Below, piece after piece: positions 46,507 to 60,300 of a DNA stretch of 64,000 bases. Made by a program: the position numbers and the translations under genes. Numbering within the stretch: the first letter of the stretch is position 1; every line of letters begins with the position of its first letter. This stretch comes from Octopus vulgaris. Taxonomy: Eukaryota. Under the pieces are notes generated by a model. It was given only the letters and a program-made list of their open reading frames with translations, did no database searches and was not told where the DNA came from. The stretch spans positions 67,270,001 through 67,334,000 of the forward strand of contig OX597830.1 of the NCBI GenBank assembly GCA_951406725.2, read 5' to 3'.

Positions 46507-48041
46507 ATTGGTATAGGTATTATGGTGATATTGGATTTTATATTCTATTTGAAGTAATGTATTTTCCTTTCTTGATGTAATGTAACCATGTAGGTGTGAT
46601 GTTTGTTTTAAAGTTACGAGAGATCCAGCAATTTTACTGGCTCTGATTGTTTCTTTGTTTCTGTTTTTTCTTTTATACTTCACTCTTTCATAGTTTCTGT
46701 TGACGACTTTAAACATTTTGAACTAGATTTGATAATATATTTTCAGTTCTAAAAAAATCAATTTTCTAGACATTTGAAATTATTATTTAGTCTCGAAAAT
46801 ATTTATCAGATATTTATAAATATATGATATTAATTCTTATTAAGCATTAGTCAGAACCTTTTGTATTGAAGAAATGAAACGACGTTATAACGGTAAGGAA
46901 AAGGAAATATTGAATCGGAAACTACAAAGGGGTCTCCTGTAGATATAAAGGGAAAAGCGAAAACACTTTGGTTCCAACAAAAGCGATGCTCAGTAAATCC
47001 GTGCAAACTAAGAACAATGTAAAGTGTGTTACCACCGTGTATTTAGTGTAGCTTTGAAATTTGCCCCATAAACGCTAAGTATCTCTACCAAATACATACA
47101 GTCAATTCAGAAATGTTTAACCTATCAGTTTATCTCTTCTAATGTTACTGTTTGTTTGTGTCTTAATATACATCTGAAGAAAATGTAGTGGATTAGCAGA
47201 ATTATAAAATGGTCAAACAAAATACCTTATGGTAATTGTTGAAATTTGAGGTCTTATTTTATGTAAGAAATCATACATTGAAGCAGAAGTTTTTCTAGAG
47301 ATGTGAATTAAATTAAGCATATTTACTGTCTTTTACAGTTCATCAGATCTCACACACCCACACATCCCACAAAACCGAGATAAATGGCAGAAGGCTATAT
47401 ATCAAAACACAATCAAAATTGTACCAATTGAATGCCATTTGAAAATTGTAGAAATTTGATGACTTGATATTAATTACATGAGTATTTACACCCCAGACTT
47501 TATGCGTAAATGTACCTTTTGGTGTGAAATGAAGTCTATGAACTATATTTTCAGCAGCTTGTAATAAAAATCAAACTGACGAGTTTTACTGTCTGAGCAC
47601 TTCGTCAAGATTTGCTGACCTCTCTTTTGAAATAAAATTGTTCAAAGCTACTTATTGAAATGTATTCCTAATTTCACAACAGGTCTAAATACACATAGAT
47701 ATTACTCCATAAATTTAGTCATAATCCTCACTGACTCTTTCTACCTTCTCCTCCTATGTTCTTAGCTTTTCTCTCCGCCTTTGTTCACCAGACCCTGACC
47801 ATTCCTCTAGCCCCTGACTCATTCTGACCTTAACTCCCTCTTGGTTATCCTTCTCATCACCTCCTATATTAGTCTTTCAGTAATATTCCATTGTTTCTTG
47901 CTCCCAACCCATGAAACAATATCACTTTTCTCCTTTTCTTAACTTTTAGATGAAGTTCAAATGTCCAGAATGTTAACTACACTCCATATGACAAACAACT
48001 TTCACTAATCTTAAACTTCCTGCTTGGTTCATTTTTTGTAG

Positions 48042-48087
48042 ATCACCATCTTCTGAATCATCGGCTGAAGAAGACGAAGAATCCCAA
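48042..48087 (+). CDS. Putative host-gene micro-exon D (46 nt, phase 2->0): SPSSESSAEEDEESQ
   Basis: Branch-point-like cactaat, acceptor attttttgtAG, donor GTAATT. The downstream intron shares gaatttcatcaaag and ttatgaata blocks with exons B and F. Confidence 0.6.
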
Positions 48088-48352
48088 GTAATTTAATGTT
48101 TTTCATTTTTTCTTTATTACTTCTGTTTGCACGAATTATGACCAATGTGTGTTTTGGAATTTCATCAAAGACTCTGTTTTAACAGCAACCTTATAAATTT
48201 TGCTTATGAATATCTTAATACATTTTCCAGTATACCAATGTACAGCTGATTATTATTTTTCACATATGTGGAACAGCGTTCTATTTCTCGTAGTGATAGA
48301 TTAGATTACTATTTTACATAATCATAGAGCAAAATAAATTTTCTTTATTAGT

Positions 48353-48705
48353 GGATGGAAGCACTCCGTCGGTTCCGACGACGAGGGTTCCGGTTGATCC
48401 GATCAACGGAACAGCCTGCTTGTGAAATTAACGTGTAAGTGGCTGAGCACTCCACAGACACGTGTACCCTTAACGTAGTTCTCGGGGATATTCAGCATGA
48501 CACAGAGAGTGACAAGGCCGGCTCTTTGAAATACAGGTACAACAGAAACAGGAAGAAAGAGGATCACCACCATCCCCTGCCGGAGCCTCGTGGAGCTTTA
48601 GGTGTTTTCGCTCAATAAACACTCACAACGCCCGGTCTGGGAATCGAAACCGCGATCCTACGACCGCGAGTCCGCTGCCCTAACCACTGGGCCATGCGCC
48701 TCCAC
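48353..48705 (-). mobile_element. Young tRNA-derived SINE with an 11-bp TSD
   Basis: Minus-strand head ggcgcatggcccagtggttagggcagcggactcgcggtcgtaggatcgcggtttcgattccc contains A and B boxes. The TSD tctttattagt is at 48342-48352 and 48706-48716. Confidence 0.88.
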
Positions 48706-48804
48706 TCTTTATTAGTAGTGATTACTATATTACGCAATGGTTGAACCAGCTACTGACTTTTTTGTATAATTAGGGTAAATTAGAACTTATATATATATTT
48801 TTTC

Positions 48805-49083
48805 TCACGTGATCACGTGACCGACCAGGCTTTCAGATGTTGCTACACATCGCTGGTCACAATGCGCTTCGCATTGATTTAGCTTTCAAATGACGCCACC
48901 CCGCTGGCTAAATGTGCAGGCCAACAGAAGAAAGTTGCGGCGAAAGCGTACAGCAGGGATCGCCACCAGCCGCTGCCGGTGTTTTCGCTGAATAAACACT
49001 CACAACGCCTGATCTGGGAATCGAAACTGCGATCCTACGACCGCGAGTCCGCAGCCCTAACCACTGGGCCATTGCGCCTCCAC
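48805..49083 (-). mobile_element. tRNA-derived SINE with the same head and a different 3' body
   Basis: The head is near-identical to 48600-48705. The body leads to ccagcggggtggcgtcatttgaaagctaa. Confidence 0.82.
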
Positions 49084-49199
49084 ACACACACACAAACACA
49101 CACACATATATATATTGCCTTTAGCCCAGTTTTCCATGTCTATAGGTGCATATAGACGTGGGAATGAACTTTTTTGTGCGCGCGCGTGTGTGTGTGGGG

Positions 49200-49237
<38 letters not shown>

Positions 49238-49252
49238 AGTAATAATAATAAT

Positions 49253-50480
49253 ATTAGGGAATAAATCCAAACTTACAGGGAAAAATTAGATTTAGGATTA
49301 AATCCAATTTTATAGTATAAATATATTATATTATATTATATTAAATTAGAGATAAAACCACTATTAGGCAAATCAAACAGTGAAACGCATAAGCCATTAC
49401 ATAAAATTAATTTAAAAATATAAAATTCAAAAGAATTGTTTAAATAATTTAAACTTATTAATTTTAAATATATATATACAAATGCATATATATTTATATG
49501 TATGTATATATTTATATTTATATATTATTTTATTTATAAATTTATTTATTTATTAATTTTTTAAAAAATTATTATATAAATATCAAAAGTATTAAAAGTT
49601 TAATAAAAGATAAAGAGTAAAACACTACGATCGTTTCATGGCTGTACGAATTCGAATAACAATAATTTAAATTCAATTAATAATTCGAATTATGGTTACA
49701 GTCAATCTTCAGGTTAATTGAAATATAATAATTAAGATCTAAAATAATCGCTATAAATAAATAAATATATATGCACATATAATAAAGACCTAATAAATTA
49801 ATTTTTCATATTTAAAGATGAAATAGCTAATTTCAAAAATACAAACAAACTTAAACGAACTTTCGGAAATCTTATATTTAAAATACTTACTAAAAAAATC
49901 AATTCGTAGTTATATAGTATCGAATAAATACTATAAATACTATAAATATATTTATCAATGGGAATAAAACTAGCAAATATCAATTTAAAAAGACAATAAC
50001 TAAGTTATGCTATTAAGTTAGACATGGCGTGGACCAGTCTTTCGTCGAAACATATCTAAGTTTATCTAAGTTTATCTAATTTTAATTATAAGAAATTAAA
50101 AACTACAATTAATGCTATTAATACATGTATATACATAAACCTAACTTTAGACAACTCGTATACTTGCTACCAAACAACATATCTATCGCTAAGTAATATC
50201 TTACGAATAAACTTAAATTTAATATCTAATAATTATATAGAAAATTACGATAATTAGATCATTACATAAACAACGATAATTAGATCATTACATAAACAAC
50301 GATATTTACAGAAGAAAATTATTATTACACCAAAGACTTATAAAATATTAAAATTTACAATTTAAAGATCTTAAATATAAATAAATACTTATCTTAGCGA
50401 GATTAATTTTATGTATTGGCTTATGTTTTTCACTGTTTGATTTGCCTAATAGTGGTTTTATCTCTAATTTAATATAATAT
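49253..50480. mobile_element. Extremely AT-rich foldback element, copy 1
   Basis: Inverted arms at about 49333-49410 and 50403-50480 (gagataaaaccactattaggcaaatcaaacagtgaaa). Colinear with 55296-56715. Confidence 0.8.
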
Positions 50481-51315
50481 ATTTATATATATTTGGCGAA
50501 TGGTGCGTGTGAGGTTGTGTGTGTTTCAAGTGAGAGTGGATGAGTGTATAATACATTTAGGCGCATGCACGTTGGTGTGCGGGCACGCATGTGTAGGTAT
50601 GAACATGCACGCTTACGTGAATACTATGAACCTTTTTACCCACTTACTTTTACTCCCTCCCCTCACTTAGCGGTCATTCAAATAGCTCTTTTGTCTTACT
50701 AACGGTCATTCACACAGTAATTTCCCTTTGTATAACGGTCGTTTTTCATAGCATTTTTTCCGATGGCCGGATAACTGAAGAGATGGCGGCGTGGATTTCC
50801 ACCTCGGCATCTGAAACTCGGAGTTTTATCACAGCTAGCGAATAATTGCCACATATTACATTTTTTTATTTATTTTATTTTATCTAATTTCAGCTCATGA
50901 GCTGTGGCCATGCTGGGGCACTCCTCTATTTACATAATATCGAGGTCTCTTTCATTCTTTCGCTGTCTTATCATTTTTATCAATATATGTATATATATAT
51001 ATAATGTCAAACTGTACTCTTTCCTTTTGACTCGACCGCCTTCAATTCTCTCTCTCTATCGTTTATACAGGAACATGTGTAAAAAAGCAATGAGTACAAC
51101 ACGTCTATATGCGCAATACTCACCTGCACGTACACACGCACACGCGCGCACAAAGGATTCCATATACACAAAATACGCACAAGAAAAAGGCAGTCTGGGG
51201 GGTAGAATACAGAAAAATTATGTGTAAAAAATATATAAGCAATAAACCTATAAACCAATATCTCTATAAATATGTAAAAAATGTATTCTATTTATATTTT
51301 TTATACATATATTTT

Positions 51316-51710
51316 GGATCTTTTCGGTTTGATCGGCAGTTTTTCTAGCGGTGTCGTATGAAATTGTAACCCATAATTATGACCCTAGTACCGATCTATT
51401 GCATTTCAATCTACTTTAGGGTTAGGGGTGGGGAAGGGTATAATTTTTCTTCACAAATGTAAATAAACCCAATCTGTTGGGACATATTCATACGGCACAG
51501 AATATTGTTTACCTCAATGGACGTCAGTGATAGGTTGAAATTGCAGAAATTGAAGAAAAAAACAACAAATATCTTACAAACTATAGAATTTTCTCAATAA
51601 AGCCAAGAGAAAAAGATGTTTTATAAACCCATTCTACCAGTATACGAAGTTTAAAAGTTTTTAGTTACGTAGAAATTATGTTAAAAACTGCCGTTCAAAC
51701 CGAAAGATCC
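51316..51710. mobile_element. MITE with ~28-bp terminal inverted repeats
   Basis: ggatcttttcggtttgatcggcagttttt ... aaaaactgccgttcaaaccgaaagatcc, with an internal ttagggttagggg. Confidence 0.8.
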
Positions 51711-51719
51711 TATATTTAT

Positions 51720-52620
51720 ACACGCCGGTCTAATTTCAGGTGAATATCTTTCTATTGCGACTTCTATGTTTCTTTTGCCAAAGTATGACGGTAAAAGAGC
51801 CAGCTTTTCGTCTGCAGGGTGATCGCAGAATCACCCCTAGTGTCGTATTCTGATATGAACTGTACCTCCACGCTACCTAATTTCTTGCCTCTTTTCATAT
51901 ATTGTAAATTGAACATAAGCTTTAAAACATTTTCCATTTCTTCGATAGACGCTATCTCTATTCTCTTATTTTTAAGAGAGATACCGTTAAATTATCGTTC
52001 TTCTTCTCGTTTCTTGGGGTGGGGTAGTCAACCTCACGCTTGTTGCCTCTCACCGCAGAATTGGTTAAAATGTTTCCACGGCCTCCGTCCTGATATTCTA
52101 TCTTCTTTGCCGCCTACTGACCGCTGCCGCATAATCATCCACACTTTTTTCCGAGTCGGTTTCGTACTCCGAGTTGACATTCAGTATGAGCTCCGACACA
52201 TCATACAAATCACTAGTCATTTTGTGCGGGCACAATCCCCATACAAAACGCAAAAAATTCTCCCACAACAGGGGAACAAGAGGAAAACCAAGCCTGTTCA
52301 GGCGAACAGTGTGTCAAAAGACACTAAGTTTTCAAACACGAGGTAGTCCCGAGGGAAACAACGGCAATAGAACGACTTCAAACAACAAACCTTCACCAAT
52401 AAATAACCAACCGCAACAAACCTTCACCAATAAATAACCAACCGCAACACAAAGGCGTACCTCGCAGACTGATATTCTTTTATCAACCATATAGAGTTGA
52501 AACCCAGAGGGGACAGCATAAGGACAAACAAAACACAACAGTGGAGGAAAATTAAATCGAACGAAAAGAATAGTAATGATAAATGAAAATGTGGAATGAC
52601 GTCTACTCGAACCCCACAGT
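51720..52620 (-). mobile_element. ORF1 (gag-like) 5' remnant preceded by a 3'-end motif of the same family
   Basis: The minus strand reads KRIEIASIEEMENVL..MKRGKKLGSVEVQF..SW, aligning with RRIEIAPEFQIEAMV..INRGSQYGKVNVIF..RW in the ORF at 58910-59254. The motif tgtcccctctgggttt..gataaaa lies at about 52475-52515. Confidence 0.6.
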
Positions 52621-53399
52621 TCAGTTAACGTCATTCAACATTTTTACAAACAATTTTTAACACGTGTAAATTTTATTTTTGTCTTTTTCTCCTTGCTGTG
52701 TGTTGCTTGTGTTATATGCTTAGTGATGTTAATTTGGTGTAGTGGGTTGGTTATCTTTCTTTTTCTTTTGATTTGTTTTTGCTGTCTGTGTTTGTAATGT
52801 CTATTGTCTGCGTTCGAATCTGTTCTTGTGCGTTCGTTTTTAAGCTTTTTACATTCTACTTTTGTTTCTTTGTCCTTGCTGTGTGTAGCTTGTGTAGTAT
52901 ACTCATTGAATATTAAAGAGCGCTCCAGTCAGACTTCTGCGCAACCTTTCTAAACAAAGGCTGTGCAATGGCACAAGACTTATTGCCATGAAATTATCAA
53001 GGAATGTCATAGAGACCACAATAATTTCTGCCTGTGGAAACGGTGAATATTCCTCGCTTACCTTTGATACCTTCCAATATGCCTTTCGAGTTCAAACGAC
53101 TTCAATTTCCAATACGTCAGTCTTTTGTGATGTCCATTAATAAGCCCCAAGGCCAGATTTTGAAAGAGGAACAATGACAAACTTTTCATTTTCGCCCTAC
53201 TATTAAAACAGGAAAAATTGTCTATCAAGAAGATTTTGCATATGAACAACAAAACAAAAATTTGCAGAAGGAATAACTTTGAATTGATATTGTCAAGGTC
53301 ATAATTTATTCGTCTAAGGAAAACTATTTGTATTTTTGTTTGTTGTGATACTTAAGTTCAGTAAATTATGTTTTTAGTTTTCCTTAAACTTATATTTAG

Positions 53400-53950
53400 T
53401 TATCTTGTACTTGGCATAAGTCAAAGCCTGTGCGATGTTTGTTTCCTTTATAGACTGAAATACCGGAGATCATAGTTCAGGGGGTTATATGCACCCATGA
53501 TGATATTGGCCAGAAGGAAACAAATGAAAGTTGACAGTCATTTCTTATATGTTGGCCAGATGGATACAACTTTATCATTTACATGAAAGTTAACAACCAT
53601 AACAGTCATTTCTTATATACTTTCATGCTTTTAATAAAACAATTCCCATTTAAAGGAGAGTTACACGGATTTTACAATTACATTATGGGTCAAATTGTTC
53701 CGAGACATCGAAGCTTTTACAAGAATAATCACCTTAAGCGTTCCTGCTAGTCACAGATATAAAAGTTTTCAAAAGAAGAACGCTTGTGGTTAGCTATTCT
53801 TATAGTGAAAACTTTTTATAAACCAGGAGAACACAATTTTTTAAAGAAAACTAACGGTTTAGTGGAAGAAGCTGATCATAATGTAATTTAAGGAAATGGG
53901 AACAGTACTTTAGGTGGAAATTGTTTAATCAAAAAGCACATTCTAAAGCG
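53400..53950 (-). mobile_element. Highly degraded Penelope-like remnant
   Basis: Only short minus-strand motifs (PLNGNC, TYKK, AYNP) resembling Penelope GIY-YIG regions. Confidence 0.3.
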
Positions 53951-54755
53951 TTAAAGCGGTACTGTATCTTTTAGGAAGTCAAAAGTTATAGGCCGGTCAT
54001 AGAGTGAGCATTGATATCTCTCCGATAAAGTGCTTAGCAGTATAGGTGACTCTTCTGACACAAATAACTGATGCGCCTTCAGTAATTTAAGTCTGACGAG
54101 TGGTCACCTATACCTAGATACAGCTCAACAAGAAGTCCCTACAAGAATGATACCATGATACCACAAATCCGAAGAATCCAACATGACAGTGGTGGCGTCC
54201 TTGCATGTAGATATGGTTTTCCTGTGACCTAGTTCCAGCGAAGGACCCCACAAAATCTCCTGTCTATACAGTAAAGCCTCCAACACCAAAACTTATAAGA
54301 GAGTGAAGAGAGGGTATCCTCTGCAGACCGAACGTTCGATGCTGAAAGATTACGAGAGGGCCTATTTAAGTTGATTACGAAGCAGATACTGCATTGTGGT
54401 GATCCAGCCTCTGAATACAAAACATTTACACAAACATCGCATCGCAAATACTGAACCATATAAAAATACAATAATTGTAGATGAGATTGCAAAATTCTAT
54501 TGGGAAACAATGATAATAAATATGTTCAGATCACAAAAACTAAACTGAAAGCACAAATGACTTTTTAAATAAATGTATGTTTCTGTGTTTATATGTGTGT
54601 GTAGATTATTAGTTGTAGTTATTGTTTGTCTTTCTGCATACTATTGTTACTTATATACCTCCTTCTTCATATTACTTAAATCTTGGTTTTAACCGCTAAA
54701 AGATCTCACTCCGTCATTTTGTTTAGCAAATAATATTGTTTGTATTATTTTCTAG

Positions 54756-54796
54756 ATAAGAGAAGAGGAAAGGAAGCTACTGAAACCTACTCCACA
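54756..54796 (+). CDS. Putative host-gene micro-exon E (41 nt, phase 0->2): IREEERKLLKPTP(Q)
   Basis: Acceptor ttgtattattttctAG and donor GTAAGT. The upstream flank tgttacttatatacctcc is shared with exons A and C. Confidence 0.65.
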
Positions 54797-55181
54797 GTAA
54801 GTAGACATTTTCAAATAACGTTTCCTTATCGTAGAATAAATTCACTGATGGAAGATGAAAGACAATAGAGGGTCAGGGAATAATATCTGACAAGCATAGA
54901 TCAATTAGGCAGTTAATAGCCTAAATAACCTTAATTCCTTACTTATTATAAATACCACAACCACGTTGTCGCTATATTACAGTATATAGACACACATAAA
55001 CACATGATCGCTTATTGTTCGGACACTGTATTAAAGCTCCATCCAAATGTAAATTTTGTATCGTGATAATTCTCTATTCCTTCTCCATTTGTTCCTTGGT
55101 AACTCCAATTAGGAAATGAAAAAAATGTCCAATGGGAAACAAACAACGCCAACAGTTTTTCCAGTTTACTGTTTCGAGATG

Positions 55182-55254
<73 letters not shown>

Positions 55255-55295
55255 ATGTATGTATGTATATATATATATATAATAATAATAATAAT

Positions 55296-56708
55296 ATTAG
55301 GGAGTAAATCCAAACTTACAGGGAAAAATTAGATTTAGGATTAAATCTAATTTTATAATATAAATATATATTATATTATATTAGAGATAAAACCACTATT
55401 AGGCAAATCAAACAATGAAAATCATAAGCCAATACATAGAAGTAAAATTAATTAAAAAAATATAAAATATAAATATAAAAAATATAAAATTCCAAATTAA
55501 TATATTTAAATTAAAGTTAAAATTTTAAAAATTATTTAAATAATTTAAACTTATAAGTTTTAAATACATATACATATATATATATTTATTATTATTATTA
55601 TTATTTTATTTATTTATTTATTTATTTTTGTAAATTATATAACTATCAAAAAGTATTAAAAGTTTAACATAAGATAAAGAGTAAAAACACTACGATCGTT
55701 TTATGCCCGTAACCAATTCGAATAAAAATAATAATTCGAATTATGTTTACAGTCAATCTTCAGGTTAATTGTAATATTTTAGTAAGTAATCAGAAATATT
55801 TAAACAATATTTTAAAGAAATAAATAATATAAATTTACTTATAAAAAACTCTATTATCAAACTTGAAACTTAACGATTATGATTATATCAAAACATCAAT
55901 TATAATGTCAAATATTAATTTTAATTTTTAAGTATTAATTTTTAAGGTAAGAAACCCACCAATAATCTAATATCAGTAATAGTCAATATCTAATTACATA
56001 AATATTTTACAAAATAACTATTATTAAAAATATAAAATTTAAATGATATATAAATTATCAATGAAAATATATATATGTATATAAATATTATAATTAAGAT
56101 CTAAAATAATCTCTATAAATAAATATATATGCACATATAATAAAGACCTAATAAATTAATTTTTCATATTTAAAGATGAAATAGCTAATTACAAAAATAC
56201 AAACAAACAATCTTAAACGAACGCAATGCCAAATCAACTATCTTTATATCTCGTTGGCTAAATAATAACTTTCAGAAATCTTATATTTAAAATACTTAAA
56301 GAAATAATCAATTCGTAGTTATATAGTATCCAATAAATACTATAAATAAATACTATAAATATATTTATCAATGGGAATAATAAATCTAGCAAAAATCAAT
56401 TTAAAAAGACAAAAGATAAGTTAAAATAATAATTATCAGAAATTTAAAACTACAGTTAATGCTATTAATACATGTATATACATAAAACTAACTTTAACAA
56501 CTCGTATACTTGCTATCAAACAACATATCTACCGCTAAGTAATATCTTACGAATAAACTTAAATTTAATATCTAATAATTATATAGAAAATTACGATAAT
56601 TAGATCATTACATAAACAACGATATTTACATATTTCATTTCTATGTATTGGCTTATGATTGTCATTGTTTGATTTGCCTAATAGTGGTTTTATCACTAAT
56701 ATAATATA

Positions 56709-56715
<7 letters not shown>
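55296..56715. mobile_element. Extremely AT-rich foldback element, copy 2, followed by a third terminal fragment at ~56744-56820
   Basis: Same start attaggga..ccaaacttacagggaaa and same inverted arms as copy 1. Confidence 0.8.
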
Positions 56716-56748
<33 letters not shown>

Positions 56749-56984
56749 GGGAGTACAACTCCAAATTTACAGGGAAACATTCAATTTAGTATTAAATCAA
56801 ATTTCACAATATAAGTATATAGTTTATATAAAAACATAAGCCTGCTGAACAAGCTGTGTGCTTTTGCAAAAACGCAAAAAATTAACGATAATAGTAACAA
56901 TTTTAGTAGTTCGACGTACCTGGCCAGAAGCCTTCAACAAATTAAACCACTCAACGATTGTTCTTACACGGAGAAATTACGAAT

Positions 56985-58489
56985 TAATTTTAATTCCAAG
57001 GCACAAGGCCCAAACACAGAGGGACACACATACACATGCGGGGATAAAAAAACACATGAAAAGACGAATGAAATGTGAAATAATTATAATGAAGATGATT
57101 TTGATAAACAGGCACATCGCAGCCCCGCTCCGAGATGACCATGAGGTTATTCGTTCTTTTAGAACTTAAAATTTAAAAACTTTTACAAAGGTTCACAATT
57201 TTTAAAAATCAGTATGAACACAAAAGGATTTAACACTGTCTTATTTACAGTCTTTGAAGCATGATACTCACCACTTTATCTTTTCTTTTATCTCCACAAA
57301 TTCCACCACCGGGGTGCAAGGTTCAGCATCCACCTCAGTCCCCAGCGGATTCACATCCGATGGAAAGACCTCCTTTAACGAGCTATACTTAGTGTTACCC
57401 ATCAAGATAATCTTATGTTCTTGTTATAGCCTTCTTCTAAGTTCACCTTGACAGTCTCTTTCCATCTTGAAATATTTTTCTCTATTATTTGCGATGTCGT
57501 ATATGTCACTAGGAAATATTTGCTTCTGTGTGTTTCCTGTGCATTGTGACTGTGACTCTGTGTTATTATGCTTTTGTAGTTCTGTGTTTTCTTGTGTTTG
57601 TCTGTCTAAGATTTTTTGTGCTTGTATGTCTGTATGATTGTGTGACTGTAAATCTGTGTGTTTCGTATGTGAGTCTGTGTTTTGGGGTATCTGTACATCT
57701 GGGTTATCTTGTGTCTGTTTGTCTGCATCTCTGTTTTTCTGTATATCTGAATGTTTCTGTGTTTGTGAGTCTGACTGTTTGTGAAGTTTAACGACTTTGT
57801 GTTTCCTTGGAAATGTTGATTTTTCTCTGACACTCTTCTTAGGTGCTCCCACTGGTGAACTGTTTCTACTTGTCTTTCTTTTGCTTTATACTTGTTAGGA
57901 TCCATTGTCGGCGGAGACTTTCTCCTTTCTCTTTTCTTCGCCTTACCCTCCACAAATTCATTCTCCTGTGTCATTTCTTCTCCTCTATTATATCTACAAC
58001 TTCCAATAATCTAGGGCACTTTCTTTTTAAGTGCCTCCTCTCGCCGCATCCGTAAGATTTTGAAGACCTTCCTGTCATCATTATCTCCAATTTGTCTCCG
58101 TTTGGAAGCTCCGCTGTCTCTGGTATTTCCTCATAAAAATGCTGATTCACTATACAGTTCACATCCACCTCGTAATCCCACCAATTCGAAAATTGGGTCC
58201 AGTTAAACCTAATTCTCTCCATATTTCGGTAGCCTCCTCTCTCACTTTCTGCAAAGATTGCTGCTATTATCCGTTCTGGTTCAGTCCACGGTGGGATTCT
58301 ACCCACTCTAATTGTGACAACTCAAACGTCCTTACTACTGGGTATGCGTGTCTGATTTCTTGCTGCCATTTCCGACACAAATATTACCGCAACAATGGCA
58401 AAATTCTTTTTTCTCTTGTAAAACATTCTTCTACATCCTCTTGTGGAGCATTTTCGAACTTACAATTTTCGTTCTTCAAAATTCTGTAT
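56985..58489 (-). mobile_element. ORF1-only retroelement, 3' part (degenerate zinc knuckle, low-complexity tail, 3' UTR)
   Basis: IRVGRIPPWTEPERII..LPNGDKLEIMMTGRSSKSYGCGERRHLKRKCP..KKRERRKSP, then a Q/T/K-rich tail and the 3'-end motif tgtccctctgtgtttgggccttgtg..aattaaaa. No RT motifs in between. Confidence 0.7.
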
Positions 58490-58660
58490 AGAGCAGTTGT
58501 ATACTGTCAACTTAACGTAACAGTCCCATAAAGGGAATCACACCACCGCTATTTAGCCCTAGGAAGCATCAACGCTTCCTAGGGCTAAATAGCGGTAGTG
58601 TGATTTCCTTTATGGGATACCATCACTGCTTATATCTCTCTGAGATATTTAGAAATTTAA
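58486..58660. repeat. Palindromic non-autonomous element, copy 1
   Basis: tcccataaagggaatcacaccaccgctatttagccctaggaagc-atcaac-gcttcctagggctaaatagcggtagtgtgatttcctttatggga. Confidence 0.9.
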
Positions 58661-60300
58661 TATTTCTATTTTTTGTGATCAGTGGATTTATTTCACTGGA
58701 ATTAAATATGTTTCCAAGGTCTAGACAGGTATCTGCAGCTAGCAAATCATGCTACTCCAGGTTTTTGTTGTTTTTTGAGAGAAGCTAATCGAAGATGCGT
58801 GCGAAGCCGACGTTTGGTGGTAAAATAAAAATTAGAACTGAAGAGCTACGCGGAAGCGACAGCGGAAGACCCGGAAAAAGAGAAATTAAGAAGCCTAACA
58901 CCGAAGTCGTTGAATTGGGACCCTGAAAAGATGAAGAGATACATGAGCAAAGTAGAAAGAGAAGCAACGAATGTGAAGCTTATAATGTCGGAAGAGAAAA
59001 AGAAAATGTTAAGGAATTCAACAATATTATACAGAACATTCTCCAACGAATTCAGGAGGATTGAAATAGCACCTGAATTTCAAATAGAAGCAATGGTATC
59101 GTGCTGTATGGATAGAGTGGTTTTTATAAATAGAGGAAGCCAATACGGCAAGGTAAATGTTATATTTGAAAATGTGGAGGCGGCAAAGAGGAACGACCAA
59201 GTGATAGAAGGAAATAGGTGGACTCTCATACCCGACAAACCAGGAAAATGTTAGTGAAAATTAGAGTTGGAAGAATCCCACCCATAATAGAGCCTGAATG
59301 GGTAATAGTGGGAATCTTCAGAGAGTATTTGAAGAGAGGAAATACAAAGTTGAACGTACTAACAGTGAGCAAAACAATGCTTGAATTTTGGGGGTTATGA
59401 AATTGACTTACCGACCGGTGAAAAGTTAGATATTGTGCTGCAGGGAAGACCCCCAAAATGCTACTTGTGTGGCATGAGGGGGCATATGCGAAGGAAATGC
59501 CCGAATACAGAAGTAGAGAAAAGGTTGGAAACAACGGTGGAAGAAAATGCAGCCGACGAAGTGAAGAGGGGGAACAATGATAGAACGAATATGGTGAAGA
59601 GCAGGAAGAGAGAACGTAAAAAGTCACCAACTTTAAAAGAAACGAAAAAAGTAAAGAAATAGCAGAGAATATAACATATCAGAACGGTAACACTGAAGAA
59701 CCAACTATAGAAGAGATAGAGAGAGCGATGGAACTGCACAACGAAGACGAAACAGAGCGAGAAAATCTAGAGTTCTTTAAGCTCAAAGATAAAGAAGAAC
59801 AGATGGAAGAGAAGTATTTGAAAAACTCACCAACTTTAGAAGAAACGGAAATGGGTGGAGGAATGGCAGAGAATATAACATAGAACGGTAACACTGAGGA
59901 ACCAACTATAGAAGAGATATTGAGAGCGATGGAACTGCAAAACGAAGAAGTATATGGCGAGGAAATCTAAAGTTGTTTAAGCTCAAAGATAAAGAAGAAC
60001 AGATGGAAGAGACGTATTTGCAGCCGGGAGAAATTACAGATACACAAACGGAGGAAGACGTGAACGAAGCGGTAGGCTCGAGAAGGAGAACACAAGTAAA
60101 GAAAGAGAACGAGAGGAAGAAGAAATGTCGTGTAAAGAATAAATGTGGTGAAAAAACGCAGACGGTAATATAATTACGAGCGTAATGCAATTAATGTTTA
60201 AAAAGAACTGTGAATTGAACTGCAAATGAACTGAGAATTGAACTTGTGTTTTGTGAAATTGTGAAAAAAAGAAAAAATGTAATACTTGGAAAAAAAAAAG
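58661..60300 (+). mobile_element. ORF1-type (Tx1/L1-like) retroelement remnant with a CCHC zinc knuckle and an internal ~200-bp tandem duplication
   Basis: KIRVGRIPPIIEPEWVI and CYLCGMRGHMRRKC (C-x2-C-x4-H-x4-C). 59621-59820 is repeated at 59821-60020. Frameshifted, with no ORF2 downstream. Confidence 0.75.

Noticed and set aside
46870-46900. Extra micro-exon ending at the GTAAGG donor near 46893
   Set aside because: The nearby acceptors give stop codons in the required phase, and there are no paralogous flanks.
48600-49083. tRNA genes
   Set aside because: The A/B boxes are SINE heads continuing into SINE bodies, one with a TSD. No complete cloverleaf is evident.
51416-51430. Telomeric TTAGGG repeats
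   Set aside because: Only about two units, internal to a MITE.
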